From contig CM069165.1 in the NCBI GenBank assembly GCA_035221665.1, positions 15,128,001-15,192,000 of the forward strand: DNA of 64,000 nucleotides. Direction: 5' to 3'. Within the stretch, counting starts at the first letter, position 1, and each line of letters starts with the position of its first letter. Source of the DNA: Okamejei kenojei. Lineage: Eukaryota. Position numbers and translations under genes: made by a program. Under the pieces are notes generated by a model. That model worked only from the letters and a program-made list of their open reading frames with translations. It had not been told where the DNA came from and did not search any database. Below, piece by piece: positions 1 to 13,300 of the stretch.

Positions 1-959
1 AAAACACATTTGTTTTCTCACTTCTCCAGTTCTGAGTAAGGGTTATTAACTGTTTTCTCCTCACAGATGCTGCCTTACATGTTGAGCACTTCCAGTGTTT
101 TGTTTTTAATTCGGCATTTGCTGTTTTAAAAATCTTTTCACTTATTTCATTATTATCAGTAGAAAACCAAACAGAGAATTAGCACTCAATGATGCCTCGA
201 TTGGCTTCTGACCACTCACTATTCCCCTTTCATCTGCAGAAGCTTAAATCGCAGGGGACACACTTTACTGGATGGGTAGAGCCAAATAACATTTCAGAAG
301 TATGAAACCATCCAGGATAGTACAATTAACTTCATTGGCATCTCTGTAAATGGACCCAACAAACATATATTTCTTCAACATGCCATGCCTTTCAAGGATA
401 ATCAACTCATCTACCCTCTACTACCTATGGTATGCACTGCACCAACTCACCAAGCTTACGTTGACACCACCTCTCAGCCCTAATATGTCTTTTGTTAAAT
501 GTTACAGCATCATGGGACAAGTTTCCTTCCAGGCTGTGCACACACAATACCACTGTTAATGCTGACACATTTGACTGTTGGACTCATCATTTGTTGACTT
601 GCTGAGGAGTAGATTCAGATGTACTTTACATCTATCTCTCAGCTTTACATCAGAAAGCAATGGCATAAGAATGGTAACCCTACTCAATTGACTTGGGTTT
701 CCTCATTTTATTTAATTTTAATTTTTAATATTCTTTGTTTCTTGGAGCATTTATGTGTTTTTAATTACGTTTTTTTCCCCTTTCCTTTGAATATTCAAAT
801 TATTTGCATTTCATTTTTTTATACACTTATCAATAGATTTTTAATGTGCAATCAGAGATATTTAAAAACTCTTTAAAAAACATTGACAGCTAGCAAGTGA
901 TCAGAAAATTCATTATTGAGGTAATATGAATAATTGATTGATTGAAAGGTACAGCATGG

Positions 960-1229
960 AAATAGGCCCTCCATGCTGACCTGTTTGCACTAGTTCTATG
1001 TTATCCCACTATCTCATCCATTCCCTACACACTAGGTGATTTACACAGGCCAACTAGCCAACAAAACCATATGTCTTGGGATATGGGAGGTAAGTGGAGA
1101 ACCCGGAGAAACCTACGTTGCCTCAGGGAGAACGTGCAAACTCCACACAGACACCATCCAAGATCAGGATTGAATCTGGGTCTCTGGCTCTGTGAGGTAG
1201 CAGATCTACCTGCTGTGCCACTATGCTGC
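960..1229 (-). mobile_element. tRNA-derived SINE (HE1-like), diverged
   Basis: Minus strand GGGCAGCATAGTGGCACAGCAGGTAGA...CCCAGATTCAATCC (A/B boxes); body similar to copies at 8.2 kb and 28.7 kb. Confidence 0.8.
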
Positions 1230-2791
1230 CCTTTTATGCCAAGCAAGTAATTTTATTTCAACAGAGCCAAAGGTTTTACTGTTAGGACAGAATTAGGTCA
1301 GAAATATATTAAGATTTCCTATTTTTATTTAAAAAAATGATTTTCTGTCTTGTTAGTCTGGTTTAAAATGCTTTGCAGAGTTTTATTTCACACAGTTAGC
1401 ATTCCTTCATGATTGAAACCATATGCCGGCTCCTGATGACACAGTCACACATCCTGCTTACATGACATTATTCTTGGTATGTTCCGGCAGAAAGTTAGTT
1501 AATTTTTAAGTTTGCAATTGGGAAAAAACTGAATTTTCTATTTTTATTCTCCTTCCCCTTGAGAGACTCGACAAAGCTACATGAGAAAAGCTTGGAAGAT
1601 TAACTTAATTTACACTGAGTGGCATGCCTAACTACAAGGACAACCACATCATAGACTTATGATGCCATGACTGCTGAATCACTTATTTCATGAGAGGAAA
1701 CTGTCCACTTTTGATCCTTAAGGATTCTTTTGAATCACTGACAGCATGTATTATTTTAAACTCATACGGTTGTTTTGGTAACCATTTTGTAAATATTGGT
1801 TTACAGCCATATCACTGAAAATCAAAGACTATACTTAACCTCAGAGCTGGACATCAAGCAAAGGAATATATTTTTTACATCTAGATATTCTTTTTGCAGC
1901 TTCTTGACAGTTACTTATTAGATAATTTGATGCTTTGTTTTCTATTTGGATAAATACAATTCTCGGCCATCAATGAGCTTTCTAATTTGATTTAAGCCGC
2001 TTTTCTTCAGTGCCTTTTTCGTGAATATTTAACTAGGTTATGTCCAAACAGAAACCCTAATATATTCATTGTATTCATTGTGAGAAGCTGGCATGAGAAA
2101 GAAGTGGGCTTATTAACAGGAATTTGTGTGTCAGACAGGATGTACATTGCAGGATACAGCTGGTGTGTAATGCCTATTCAGAAAGCTCAATGCAGCTACA
2201 TTTCCAGAAGGAAGAAGCATATCCATACATTATGCAACAGCTGAATGAAACCAGGAGATGTTTTTTCACACAACATGACTGTGTAATTAGTAGCAATGTA
2301 CAGAATATAGTTTTCCTCCTTACAAGTCACTCAAATTCCAGGAAAAGGGATTTGTATCACAAATAGTAACTGCAAACCAACCTCTGAATTCACACGGTGT
2401 GCTTATTGCTAACACACTTGACAACCATTAAAAAATCTGACCATTTCTGCTGCTTGTTTTCTATATTCTACCAAGCTCCATGAGCTAACTGAACTACATT
2501 GCCTCCCAGATAAACATCGCTTGAATTTGAACATCGCCAGATTTTTAAATCACTCTTTTACAATACTTTGGAATACTGATGCTTATTTGAAGTGTCATCA
2601 AAATAAATTGGTTTACTACACCAAGGAGACATTTCCCTCAGATGCCAACGTCTTAAGCTTCAGGATTTCATCTCTACAAATCCCCATCATTCTACTATCT
2701 TTTAAGACAATGTTTTTTTAAACTTTGTTCTATGAGAATGCATTTATTTATCTACACCAATATTTCCTCATGTCGATTGGTGTTAAGTCTT

Positions 2792-2989
2792 AGACAGACA
2801 CAAAATGCTGGCGTAACTCAGCGGGACAAGCAGCATCTCTGGAGAGAAGGAATGGGTGACGTTTTGGGTCGAGACCCTTCTTCAGACTGGACTGTCACCC
2901 ATTCCTTCTCTCCAGAGATGCTGTCTGTCCCGCTGAGTTACTCCAGCAGTTTGTGTCTATCTTCATATCCAGCATGTGTAATTCCTTCT
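2792..2989. mobile_element. Short fold-back element (probably Penelope-derived) with 11-bp TSD
   Basis: Inverted arms ACACAAAATGCTGG...GGAATGGGTGAC / GTCACCCATTCC...TTTGTGT; flanks tgttaagtctt (2781-2791) and tgttaaatctt (2990-3000). Confidence 0.75.
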
Positions 2990-3318
2990 TGTTAAATCTT
3001 GTTTGATTTCATAATTATGAGAATCCTTTTACGATGATAAAGATGCAATATAAATAAGCAGTTATTGTACATATTGATTCACAACAGAACAAAGGCTTGG
3101 ATCTGAGATTAAATTGAATGACTTCTTTGCCTATTTTGGAAGGCAATTAAGAATAAATCGCATTTCTCTGGATCTGTTATTGCACGAAGGCCAGATCGGG
3201 TAAGAATGACAAATTTCCTTTGCTAAAGGGCATTTGTGAGCCAAATAGGTTTTCATGATTATGTGGGAGCTTCATGGCCACCAGCACTGGTAGATAATTG
3301 TATTTTTATATAGCAAAT

Positions 3319-6300
3319 AAAATGGTAAGATTAAACGAGAACTTACCAAGTTTGAAGTTTGATCTGTATTTTACGAGGAGTCGCGGTGAGGGATTTCGTG
3401 AAGAACCCGCCAGCACGCTTGCGCAGCATCCTTCAAAAGCAGCGGTGTGGAATCACAGAACCAACCATGACTGAAAATAGTAAGATGAAAACCGTAGAAC
3501 TACCTGTTTGACCTGATGATAGAGGGTGGGAGCGGTGGGCACGAAATCCCTCACCGCGACTCCTCGTAAAATACAGATCAAACTTCAAACTTGGTAAGTT
3601 CTCGTTTAATCTTACTATTTTACTTCGGAGTCACGTGAGTGACTTCGTGAAGATTTCAAAGCTCTGCGATTTCACGCCCTGAACAACGTCCATGCTTATC
3701 ACACTGCCGCCATTCTGATGGAGTAAGACTGTTAATGGAGTTCAGTTGACAGTGGCTGAAAAATCAACACAATTTATTAATCAACTAAACAACAACCCCT
3801 AATTCGGGGCCAGACATTTACTGAGCGGTACCCAGGATAGCTTCTGCGAATGTCGCAGGAACGGCCAGAGACTTGTTATAGAACCGTTGAAAGGTTTTTT
3901 CCCCCACTGGCCCAGCCCGCAGTGGCGAAAATGTGGTCCATGGGCACCTTCATGGCTCTCGCTGCAGCCCTGGTGGAATAAGACTTAAAACGTTAGTAGC
4001 AACTCCTGTTTTAATAACTCTTTACCAAAGAATTTTATTTGACCAGGGTTGGCCACCATGGTGTCCAGTCGCAGTTTTTGTAACATCTGGGCTCGTTGGG
4101 CTGTCGCCAGTGCCATGAGCATCACCACCTTAAGGGTGAGCTGTTTCAAATGGTAGCTCATCTATTGGAGCCCAGCTCCTCAGTAGGGTCAGCATGATCC
4201 CCACATCCCACGTTACTGTATATCTGGGTCGTGGAGGGATTGGTATTGAATACTCCCCTCATTAGTTTAGACACCAGGTGGTGGGAGCTGATACTTATAT
4301 CCAGGTATGAATACAGCGTACTCCTGTCGCTGTTGATGGCACTGTAGCTGAGGCCTGCATCAAAATGGAGGCCTGCTAGAAACTCCAACACATCCAGCAT
4401 TGTTGCCGAGTTGGAGGACTTGTTGTTCCGGGCACAGAAACCTCCCACTTTCTGATTTGAGTGAGATATTGTTTGCGGGTGGATTCCCGATACGATGCTG
4501 CAATAAGGTTCATGGCTCTTGACGAGATGCCTGCCCGGTTGAGCGGTCTTTCCAGAACCTGCAAGCCAACAAGTTTAATGACCATGGCAAGGATGACTGA
4601 CCCCCCTGTAATGGAGTGAGTAATCAATTTGGGATGTTTCCCAATCGCCATCCATGGTTGTTGTACATTTCTACAACCATCGGGTACCATGGTTGTGTAG
4701 GCCAGTCGGGAATGATCAATATGTCAGTTGCAGAGTCTAGTTTAATTTTCTGCAATACCCGACTGGTGAGGCAGCATGGGGGAAACGCGTAGCAACCCAT
4801 TTCCCCCAATGGATAAAAATGCATCCAATGCTATTACCCCAGGGTCTGGTTCCCACAACACATACGTTGGTATTCGATGGTTCAGCCTGGACGCAAATAG
4901 GTCAATATCTGGTGTCCCCAATTTGAGCTATAATATCTCCAAAATCTGGGGGTTCAACATCCACTCAATGTTGTCATTGAAGACACGTGACCTGGTGTCC
5001 GCCACTGAATTAAGCTTCCCAGGCAAATAGGTCGCAGTAATCCAAATATTTCTTTCAATGTACCAGTGCCAAATTGTATTAGCCAATTCATTGCAAACTA
5101 GCGACCTAATACTACCCATATGATTGATGTAAACCATTATTGTAGCATTATCTATTCAAAAGCGGACATGTAATCCCATGAATTAGTACAGAAACCCGCA
5201 GTCCATGAAACACCCCCAGCATTTCTATATAGTTTATCCCATGTGACTCCAGGAATGTAGACTCATGAGAGTTCCATCTGCCACCACAACTGGACATCGT
5301 ACCAGATTGCTCCCCAGCCTGGTGCACTTGCGTCAGTTAGTAGCACAACATCAGGGTTGCTCCATATAATAGGTCAATGACATTCTTTAATATTATCTAC
5401 CCACCATTATAGCTTGTTTCTAGCTTCCGGTGGTAACCAAAGTGGCCGATCAAAGCAGCCAGCATTTGTTTTTTAAATGCTGTGATTTGTGACCTTTGTG
5501 AATTTCGGTAGTGTAGCGGTCCGAATCGTGCAGCTGGGAATGTAGTTACCAATTTAGAGTTACCAATACCAATAACTTTCGCTGTTTGCCACATGGTTGA
5601 TACCCTGGCGCAAGCAAGATTGTGGCACTCTTCTGATATAGCAGTAGCTTTATTAGTGGGGATGATAAACTTCATTAAATTAGTGTCTAAGGTGAACACC
5701 AAATCCATAACCCGTAGCGGGTGCAGTTTTTGATTTGTCTGGATGGATTACAATCCCAGTTTCTCAAGCAGAGCCTTGGTTGCAGCCACTCCTTGAATTG
5801 CCAATTGGAGGGTCTGCCCCATTATAAGGATTTCATCCAACATGCCATCACTATAATCTTGTTGCCGGAGAAGAGCCAATACAGGTAAATACCAACTTGG
5901 TAAACAGCCTAAGCTGTGATGGTTCCATTAGGCAATGCACCCTTCCAGACAACTTCAGAATTCCCTGTGAGCCTCAGCGATGGGCACCGTATAGCATGCT
6001 TCTTTCAAACTGATACATGCCATAAAGTACCCTGAGTAAAGCATCCACCTAGCTGTTCCAAAAGCATCCATTTTGACATGGGTATATTGTACAAAAGTGT
6101 TCAACTCAGCTAAATCGATTATAACTCAATATGTCCATGCTTGGTTATGCCAATTACCACTTTTCCCTGCTCGCCATATAATTTCAGCATGCCCTGCCTC
6201 CACCTCTTTTCGGGATAGAGTAAATTCCTACGAGGCGAATGCTGGGTATGGGAATCTATACCTCCCACGAATTATATACCCTTGAACACTTTGTAAAATA

Positions 6301-6753
6301 AACTCATCTGTGGTTACAGTTTTCCCCATATGTCCAAGGCCGCCCGCAATCGCCCACCTATTCGTACAGGAGGGATACTACGGCGTGAGAGGAGCCAGAC
6401 CCCCTTACCTCCATAGTGAACGGCGGTTCCATACATACGGTGCTTCGGGTGGACGTTATGGAGGTCGGTAGAATCTTTGTGCCCTATCCGGCAGCCTTGG
6501 TTCACTGGTTGTATTAGGCTGTTGCCGGTGATATGGGTGAACTCTGACCGATGGAGTTTCATGAGGCCCACTGTTTTGGCCTCCTTTGTCCAGTCCCTTC
6601 ACCTGTTTGTACAGGTCTCCAAGCAACTGATGCGGCGGTGGAGCGGTAATGGTCGGCACAACCCCTCGAATTTGGGGTTTAGTGTGGGCTATATGGTGCG
6701 CAAGCGTGCTGGCGGGTTCTTCACGAAGTCACTCACGTGACTCCGAAGTAAAA
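3319..6753 (-). mobile_element. DIRS1-type tyrosine-recombinase retrotransposon, degenerate and internally deleted
   Basis: Broken ORFs for RT, RNase H (YINHMG...YLPGKLNSVADTRSR), methyltransferase-like domain (YAFPP...IPDWPTQPWYP) and YR (RESTRKQY...VLEFL; FKSYSTRAAA...AGW...TFQRFYNK). Inverted termini plus an internal complementary region at 3540-3653. Confidence 0.92.
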
Positions 6754-7284
6754 TGGACTGCAAGATGGCGACAGCAAAAATCAGTACATTCACTGAAACC
6801 ACAACATTGAAAATGCTCGTATTTCATCAGCAAAGTTTGAAGGCTAAGAGTGTTTGTAGCCTAAAAAGTAACTTGCAAGTTCCTATATGACCTTTTCTTA
6901 AGTTTGGAAACTAAATGGTATTACAGTGTTTAGGTAGATAATGTCTCGACATGCAATATTAAGTCGTTGCGCAGTTAGTGTGCATAGCAAGGATCCCGAT
7001 AACAGCTTTGATGCCTTTGTGGGTATTAAGTGGTACACCATCTGCTACTTTTTAAGATCATTTACCATTTAAAAATTGCTAATGCCAGCAAGTAATTTTA
7101 AATGGATTGAGGAAACACAATGATGTTGACACAATGTTCAGAAAGCAAAGTGCAAATACATGTTTCTACAGTTATTTGATTGGGATGTAGTATACAAACA
7201 TTCATATGTATGTTTGTCCATATGAGAATTAACTTAGAATTCTCACAGTAATGGTACTTTAGGTACTTTTACAGCTGATCTTAC

Positions 7285-7365
7285 CTTGTCTCCAGGCTGT
7301 GGCCTCATTAGAGATACCTGGTCATATCCTCTGCGAAAGAGAGCCAATAGGGCATCCAATTTTCC
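7285..7365 (-). CDS. ANTXR1: ANTXR exon 17
   Basis: 81 nt, [27 protein letters not shown], followed by GTAAG donor so at least one more exon is expected. Confidence 0.94.
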
Positions 7366-10300
7366 CTGGATAAATGATCACAATGTTAGTTGATGAGATT
7401 TTTCATTGTTTATCAACAGGTTATTTTTCTATTGCTTTAGAGACAATGGGGGATGGGTGTGGTAAGAGGAGAAGGAAGTTGTGATTTTCAAAGCTGGCAA
7501 AAAACAGTAGCAGGTTGCCCATTCTTAAAGTTGGACCCAAAATGTAAAAAATCCTATCAACTTAAAGGTAGTCCATATTAATCTTATACAACACTGATCA
7601 ATTTGGCACTATCTGGTTGTGCCTTCTTACTGGTAGCTCATGTGTTTCATGGTCAGTATAAGAGCTATATGCCATAATGGGTCCAAAACAAATTAAATGG
7701 AAACTAAGAACAATAATGAATTGAAAGATTTGAAAATATATACTTCAAAATACAGAAAACGATTCATTATTTTTGTTGTATGTCAGCTACTTTCAAAGTT
7801 ATGCAGATTGGAGAGAGCCAGACCAATATGAAAATTCTGATATTAAAACATTAAATTAATTAAGAATGATAGACCGTACATTAATATATAGCATTTACCA
7901 GCTTATTACTTTATTAGATTCTCAGAGACATAACTGTTCCTAATGATAACATCTTTTCTGATCAATGGCCAGACGTTAATTGCCAGCATGATGTCCCTAG
8001 TAACCCTGATGCATTCTATTGTAGGTTTATTTACAATTATTTAATGTATTTTCCTGTATCAAATATTAATAACAATCTGTGAAATGCCCAGCAAAACACA
8101 TGTGCCCCCACTATTTGGGTGATTTAAAAGTTAAATCAATCCCAAATTCATTTTGGCAGCTGGGGCATTTTAGAAGTTAGGTCGTAAGTGATTATTGAGA
8201 AAATAACCTAGTGGTGCCGCAGCGGTAGAGTTGCTGCCTTACAGCGAATGCAACGCCGGAGACCCGGGTTCAATCCTGACTACGGGTGCAGTCTGTACGG
8301 AGTTTGTACGTTCTCCCTGTGACCTGCGTGGGTTTTCTCTGAGATCTTCGGTTTCCTCCCACACTCCAAAGACGTACAGGTTTGTAGGTTAATTGGCTTG
8401 GTAAATGTAAAACAAATGTCCCTGGTGGGTATAGGATAGTGTTAATGTGCAGGGATCGCTGGTCGGTGCGGACCCGGTGGGCCGAAAGGACCTGTTTCCG
8501 AGCTGTATCTCTAAACTTAACTAAGTCAAGTCAAGAGAGTTTCTTGTCATGTGTCCCAGATGGGACTAAACTCCTCAACGGATACTCCTTGGTTGTCTTT
8601 AATCCAGACCCAAATCTGCTTAGCTGTTGAGACCAAGGGCATTTAAGTGATAATATATCATTAAATTATTTAGTGATTAGTTACAATATAACCCTGAGGT
8701 GAAATAAATACCTTGACTGGTGTGTACCATTTCCTCTGTTGTGGTGGTTTAAAAGACCGGGATTTGTAATGCCGAGAATCCAACATTTCGAACTCTTGAT
8801 CTGGCATTTTGATAACTGCATTTTTTGGTTTTTCTAATTTTGCACCTTCTTCTGTCGAGCCCTTACCCCCCCAGCGCACCTGAGCATGAAAAAAAACAAA
8901 TGTTGATGTAAGAAAGAAATAATACAATTATAAAATCATTCAAGAGAGAAATATCCCAGGAAAGAAAAATTAGAGAATTACTGTCTCCTCAAGAATTGGC
9001 ATAGATAGATCAGCTTACTCCCAACTTGTGCTTGTGCATTGAAAAGTGTGTCAGAAATGAGTTGAAGCCAAATCCTTGACCATCAGACTTCCAAACCCAC
9101 TGCCAGACAGCACAGACACCACCAGGGACAGAACAGTGATGGGCTCCCTCGAACTTTGTCCCTTCTTATTTTCATCCACCATGGCTGTCATATGCAAGAT
9201 GAGCTCATTCATTTGAATGGGGTCACCAACTTAATGTGAGGGTTCACCAAAGATGAGACATCGGCATTGCCCTCAAGGACTCAGGTGAAAACCATCATTA
9301 AGAGGCATTAATCACCAGGCCAAAGTGATTGCACAATGAGGTGGTTAGCATGACCACTGACTGAATGCAGGAGATGACAAGAAACCTGAATAAATCGACC
9401 GGAGGTTGTTCGGGGTCATGCAACCACAACTACCACTTTGGAGTTTATGTATACATCTTTGCAAGTGCAATCCCATCACACAGTGCCTCTTGGGTTCAAG
9501 TGCTGTGGAGATGGAGGCTACATGATATCCTCCTGCTTCTTGGTGCTCAGCTTGATCAGTTGGAGGTCTGCTTTATGGGTGCAGATCGAATCTGATCAGA
9601 TGCAGTCTTACGCTACTGGGGAGCTGCTTGATATCCCCATTAAACAGGCAGATACTACCCATAAACAGACTACAAATTACACAAAGAAAAGTGAAGGTAG
9701 TAGAGATCACAACGTTATGATTTGGCAGTCTGTCAACTGGACCATCACCAAATTGAAATAATAAGAGGAATTTTGAAATCTGGTTATCAAATGCCATTAT
9801 ATTCTGTATGTTCATGTACCAATTCCACTAATTCTGCCTAGATCCTCTGTTTCTCCGACATGCAGAGGTTTTTGAGTTAAAAGCATTCCCTCATATGTCA
9901 TGCAATGCACTTTTTGGGATCACTTTTATAAAATTCTTATCTGCATTGAAAGAAACCAAGGGTTATGTTAACTAGAGTTGGGACTTGCTTTGACGGGGTT
10001 TTTTCAGGGAACCGATCAGTACAAAATATGCTCTAGCATATTTTGCACTGATCGGTTCCCTGAAAAAACCCCGTCAAAGTAAGTGTGGAGTCAAACAGGT
10101 CAATGGTATTCTTAGGGCTCCTGATCTCACGTTCAGATGAGATCTCTCCCAATCTTTACCAGACCCTATCCAGTGCCATTGCATATATCGCCACCACCAG
10201 CACTGATCACAGACCGACCCCACGAGTTGATCAAATGCAAAATTCTTCTAACCACCAATATTCCTTAAAGGGCCTGTCCCACTTTCACAACCTTTTTTAC

Positions 10301-13300
10301 TCGTGGACATTTTTCATCAGGCTAGAAAAACACCCCGACCTGCTTGATGTCACGAGTACCTACGATTAGCATCACTACCTACCTACGACCTCCTACGACC
10401 TCGTGATGACCATGCTACGAGTATGAGGCAAGGGCAAACTCGGCAGAGCTCATGAATTAGGTTGTAAAAGTGGGACAGGCCCTTGACTGGAGATCAGAGG
10501 GTAAGAGGTCGCAAGGTCTGATTTGTCATTAGGATGTACTAATTCTTATAAATGAAAAGGCCAATAACCTTGTCCATCATCATTCCCACATTATGCTTGA
10601 CTGTGCCAAAGTACAAAATAGTATGGGAACATCTCAGGGTTTGCTGTGTCCTGAAGAAGGCATCACGACCCAATTTACAAGTCGCACATTAAGGCAGCAA
10701 ATACATTATTGATGTACTTATAGCACAAGTAAGAAAATTTTGTTATGAACTATTTGTTATCTTTCCAATAGTAATATTGTGTTAATGTTTCAAACTTCTT
10801 AACAGTAAGAAGCAAAGTAAGAACCTCCATCCTTTTAATGCCACCCACTCCTCTTCCTCCATAGTATGATGCATCAACTGTTGGCCATTTTTTCCTTGCC
10901 ATTGCTTCATCATCAGAGTCCTGCAGATAACAAAAGACAGTTGCCAGATGGTGGAAAATATAATTGGATGTTCTGTCAAGCACTGAATGAATTTAAGTAA
11001 ATATCAAACAGTGAGTGTTCTTCGATTTTAAAACTAAGTTGCCATTAGGCTTAGCCATAAACTAAGTACATCTTCATACCGAAATAAAACAAAGAAATCC
11101 TCTGTTCTGTTTGGAACTTTATAATTCAGGAAAAAAGCTAATACTTGGCATTTAGCATCAGCATTGATTCATGTTCTATTCACATACAAATACAGGGCAA
11201 CAAATTCTGATAAATCGTGCCAAGAGTCATTATATGGGGACAAATGCTATATTATACTTCTGTCTACTGTATCTCAATGAAATCGACACTGAAACACAGA
11301 CCTCCCTGTAACTGTGAGGGTTTTTGCTCTTCAGTCCAAAAGCTTTGCAATGACACACAGAGGTACACTTCAGCAGCATTGTGACAAAGATCTTTTGCAA
11401 ATTCAGAGTTAAAATCTTTGACCCTTGACTTTTAATAATCTAGTTAGCACAAGAAGATGTTTTTTTTTTCATTTTACTTGAACCCTTACTGTCCCAGCAT
11501 TCCTGAAACTAAGGCATGCTAGTTTTTTGAACTTTAGAGATTTAATTATATATTACTGACAAAATTGAAGACCAACCGTAGTTATTATGACGGCAAAAAG
11601 TATATGTGCACTTCTTATGTCAAAAGTATCCTTGTGTAGTAGAGTGCTCAGAATGGAATGTGTACACACAAATTCAGGTATCACCAGTTGTCAGTAAAAA
11701 TAAAAGTTCAATGAAATATAGCATTAGAATGACTGGTGTCATTCAAATCAAATTATCAAATAAACTAACTGAAGATTGTGTAACTTACTTCTTCATAGAT
11801 TGGTGGAGGTGGTGGCTCTTTAATCACCTATTTAGAAAGAAAGACTATTTACGAAACAAAATACCATTCTTAATGTAGTACACTTGTAAAGCTGAATATC
11901 AATTATTTTGTTTGAAAACATTTCTGTCATGAAACATTGTATTCCTGTACAGATAAAACACACCTACCTCCATTTTCAAATGGCAAGGGTTTTCAAATTA
12001 TAATGTCAAATGTACTTCATCAAAAATAATACTGAAAGAGTTTTCTCATTATTTTAACTATTCAAGACATATGGGCATGGGAAAGCAAATCTTCTGTTCA
12101 GTTGAATCACATAGTATTGTGCCATTTTTAGATAATTAACAGAATGGTTTTCAACTTGTGGGTTCCACTATCTGGATGCCCACTGCGACTGGCACAGTAA
12201 TTTGTTTTACAGTGGCAGCAGTGTATTGCAATAGCCGCCAAAAGTCACTTCTATAAGGAGGGAGAGTACAATGCCTGCCACTATGTTATATGCCATATTA
12301 TGCAGTTACCTTCCAGGCTGCATTTTGGAATGGTTACTAATAAGATGTGGTGAATTGTTTCTCTGTGGTAATTATCATCACTCTGAGGAGAACCAAAAAA
12401 TAAAGTGTGTAGAAAACAAAAGATGTGGCAGTAACTCAGTGGGTCAGGCCCTTCAGGCCCTTAAGAAGTCTGCACAAGGGTCCCAACCCAAAACATCACC
12501 TATGCATGTTCTCCAGAAATGTTGCATAACCCTCTGAGTTACTGCAGCATTTTGTGTCTTCTTTTGTAAACCAGCATCTGCTGGTTCCAAGTTTCTGTAC
12601 TAAGAAAGGGCAGAGTGTGCCTCAGTATGGACCAATTTCCCTCGCCGTGCCAAGGGAAATATCCAGCATGAGCTGACATCTATCTTTAAATGACATTTCT
12701 AATATTAATGTGGTGAGGATTAAATATCCCATGGAGTCACTAACTGCTGTTCGAATAATATCACAATTGATAGTCATAGAGTCCTTCAGCCCAACTTACC
12801 GACCAACATGTCCCATTTACACTAGTCCTACCTGCCTGTGTTTGGTCCATATCGCTCTAAACCTGCCCTATCCATGTACCTGTCTAAATATTTCTTAAAC
12901 GTTGCAATTGTGCCTGCCTCAACTACTTCCGCCGGCAGCTTGTTCCATACACCCACCACCCTTTCTGTGCAAAAAGTTACCCCTCAGGTTCCTATTAAAT
13001 TGTTCTCCCTCACCTTAAACCTATATCCTCTGGTTCTCGATTCCCCCACTATGGACAAGAGACTGTGCATCTACCTGATCTATTCCTCTCATGATTATAA
13101 GATCACTCCTCATCCTCCAGCGCTCCTATCCTAGCACAATCTCTCCCGATAGTTCAGGCCCTCAAGCCCTTGTAAATCTTCTCTGCATCCTTTCCAGCTT
13201 GACAACATCTTTCCTATAACATGGTGCCCAGAACTGAACACAAAACTCTAAATGTGGCCTCACCAACATCTTACATAACTGCAACATGACCTCCCATCTT

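Noticed and set aside
1-7284. Terminal ANTXR exon (expected GRCxNF-like start)
   Set aside because: No convincing match found by eye; it probably lies beyond the left edge.
8211-8290. tRNA gene
   Set aside because: The A/B boxes belong to a SINE head with a LINE-like tail; there is no full cloverleaf.
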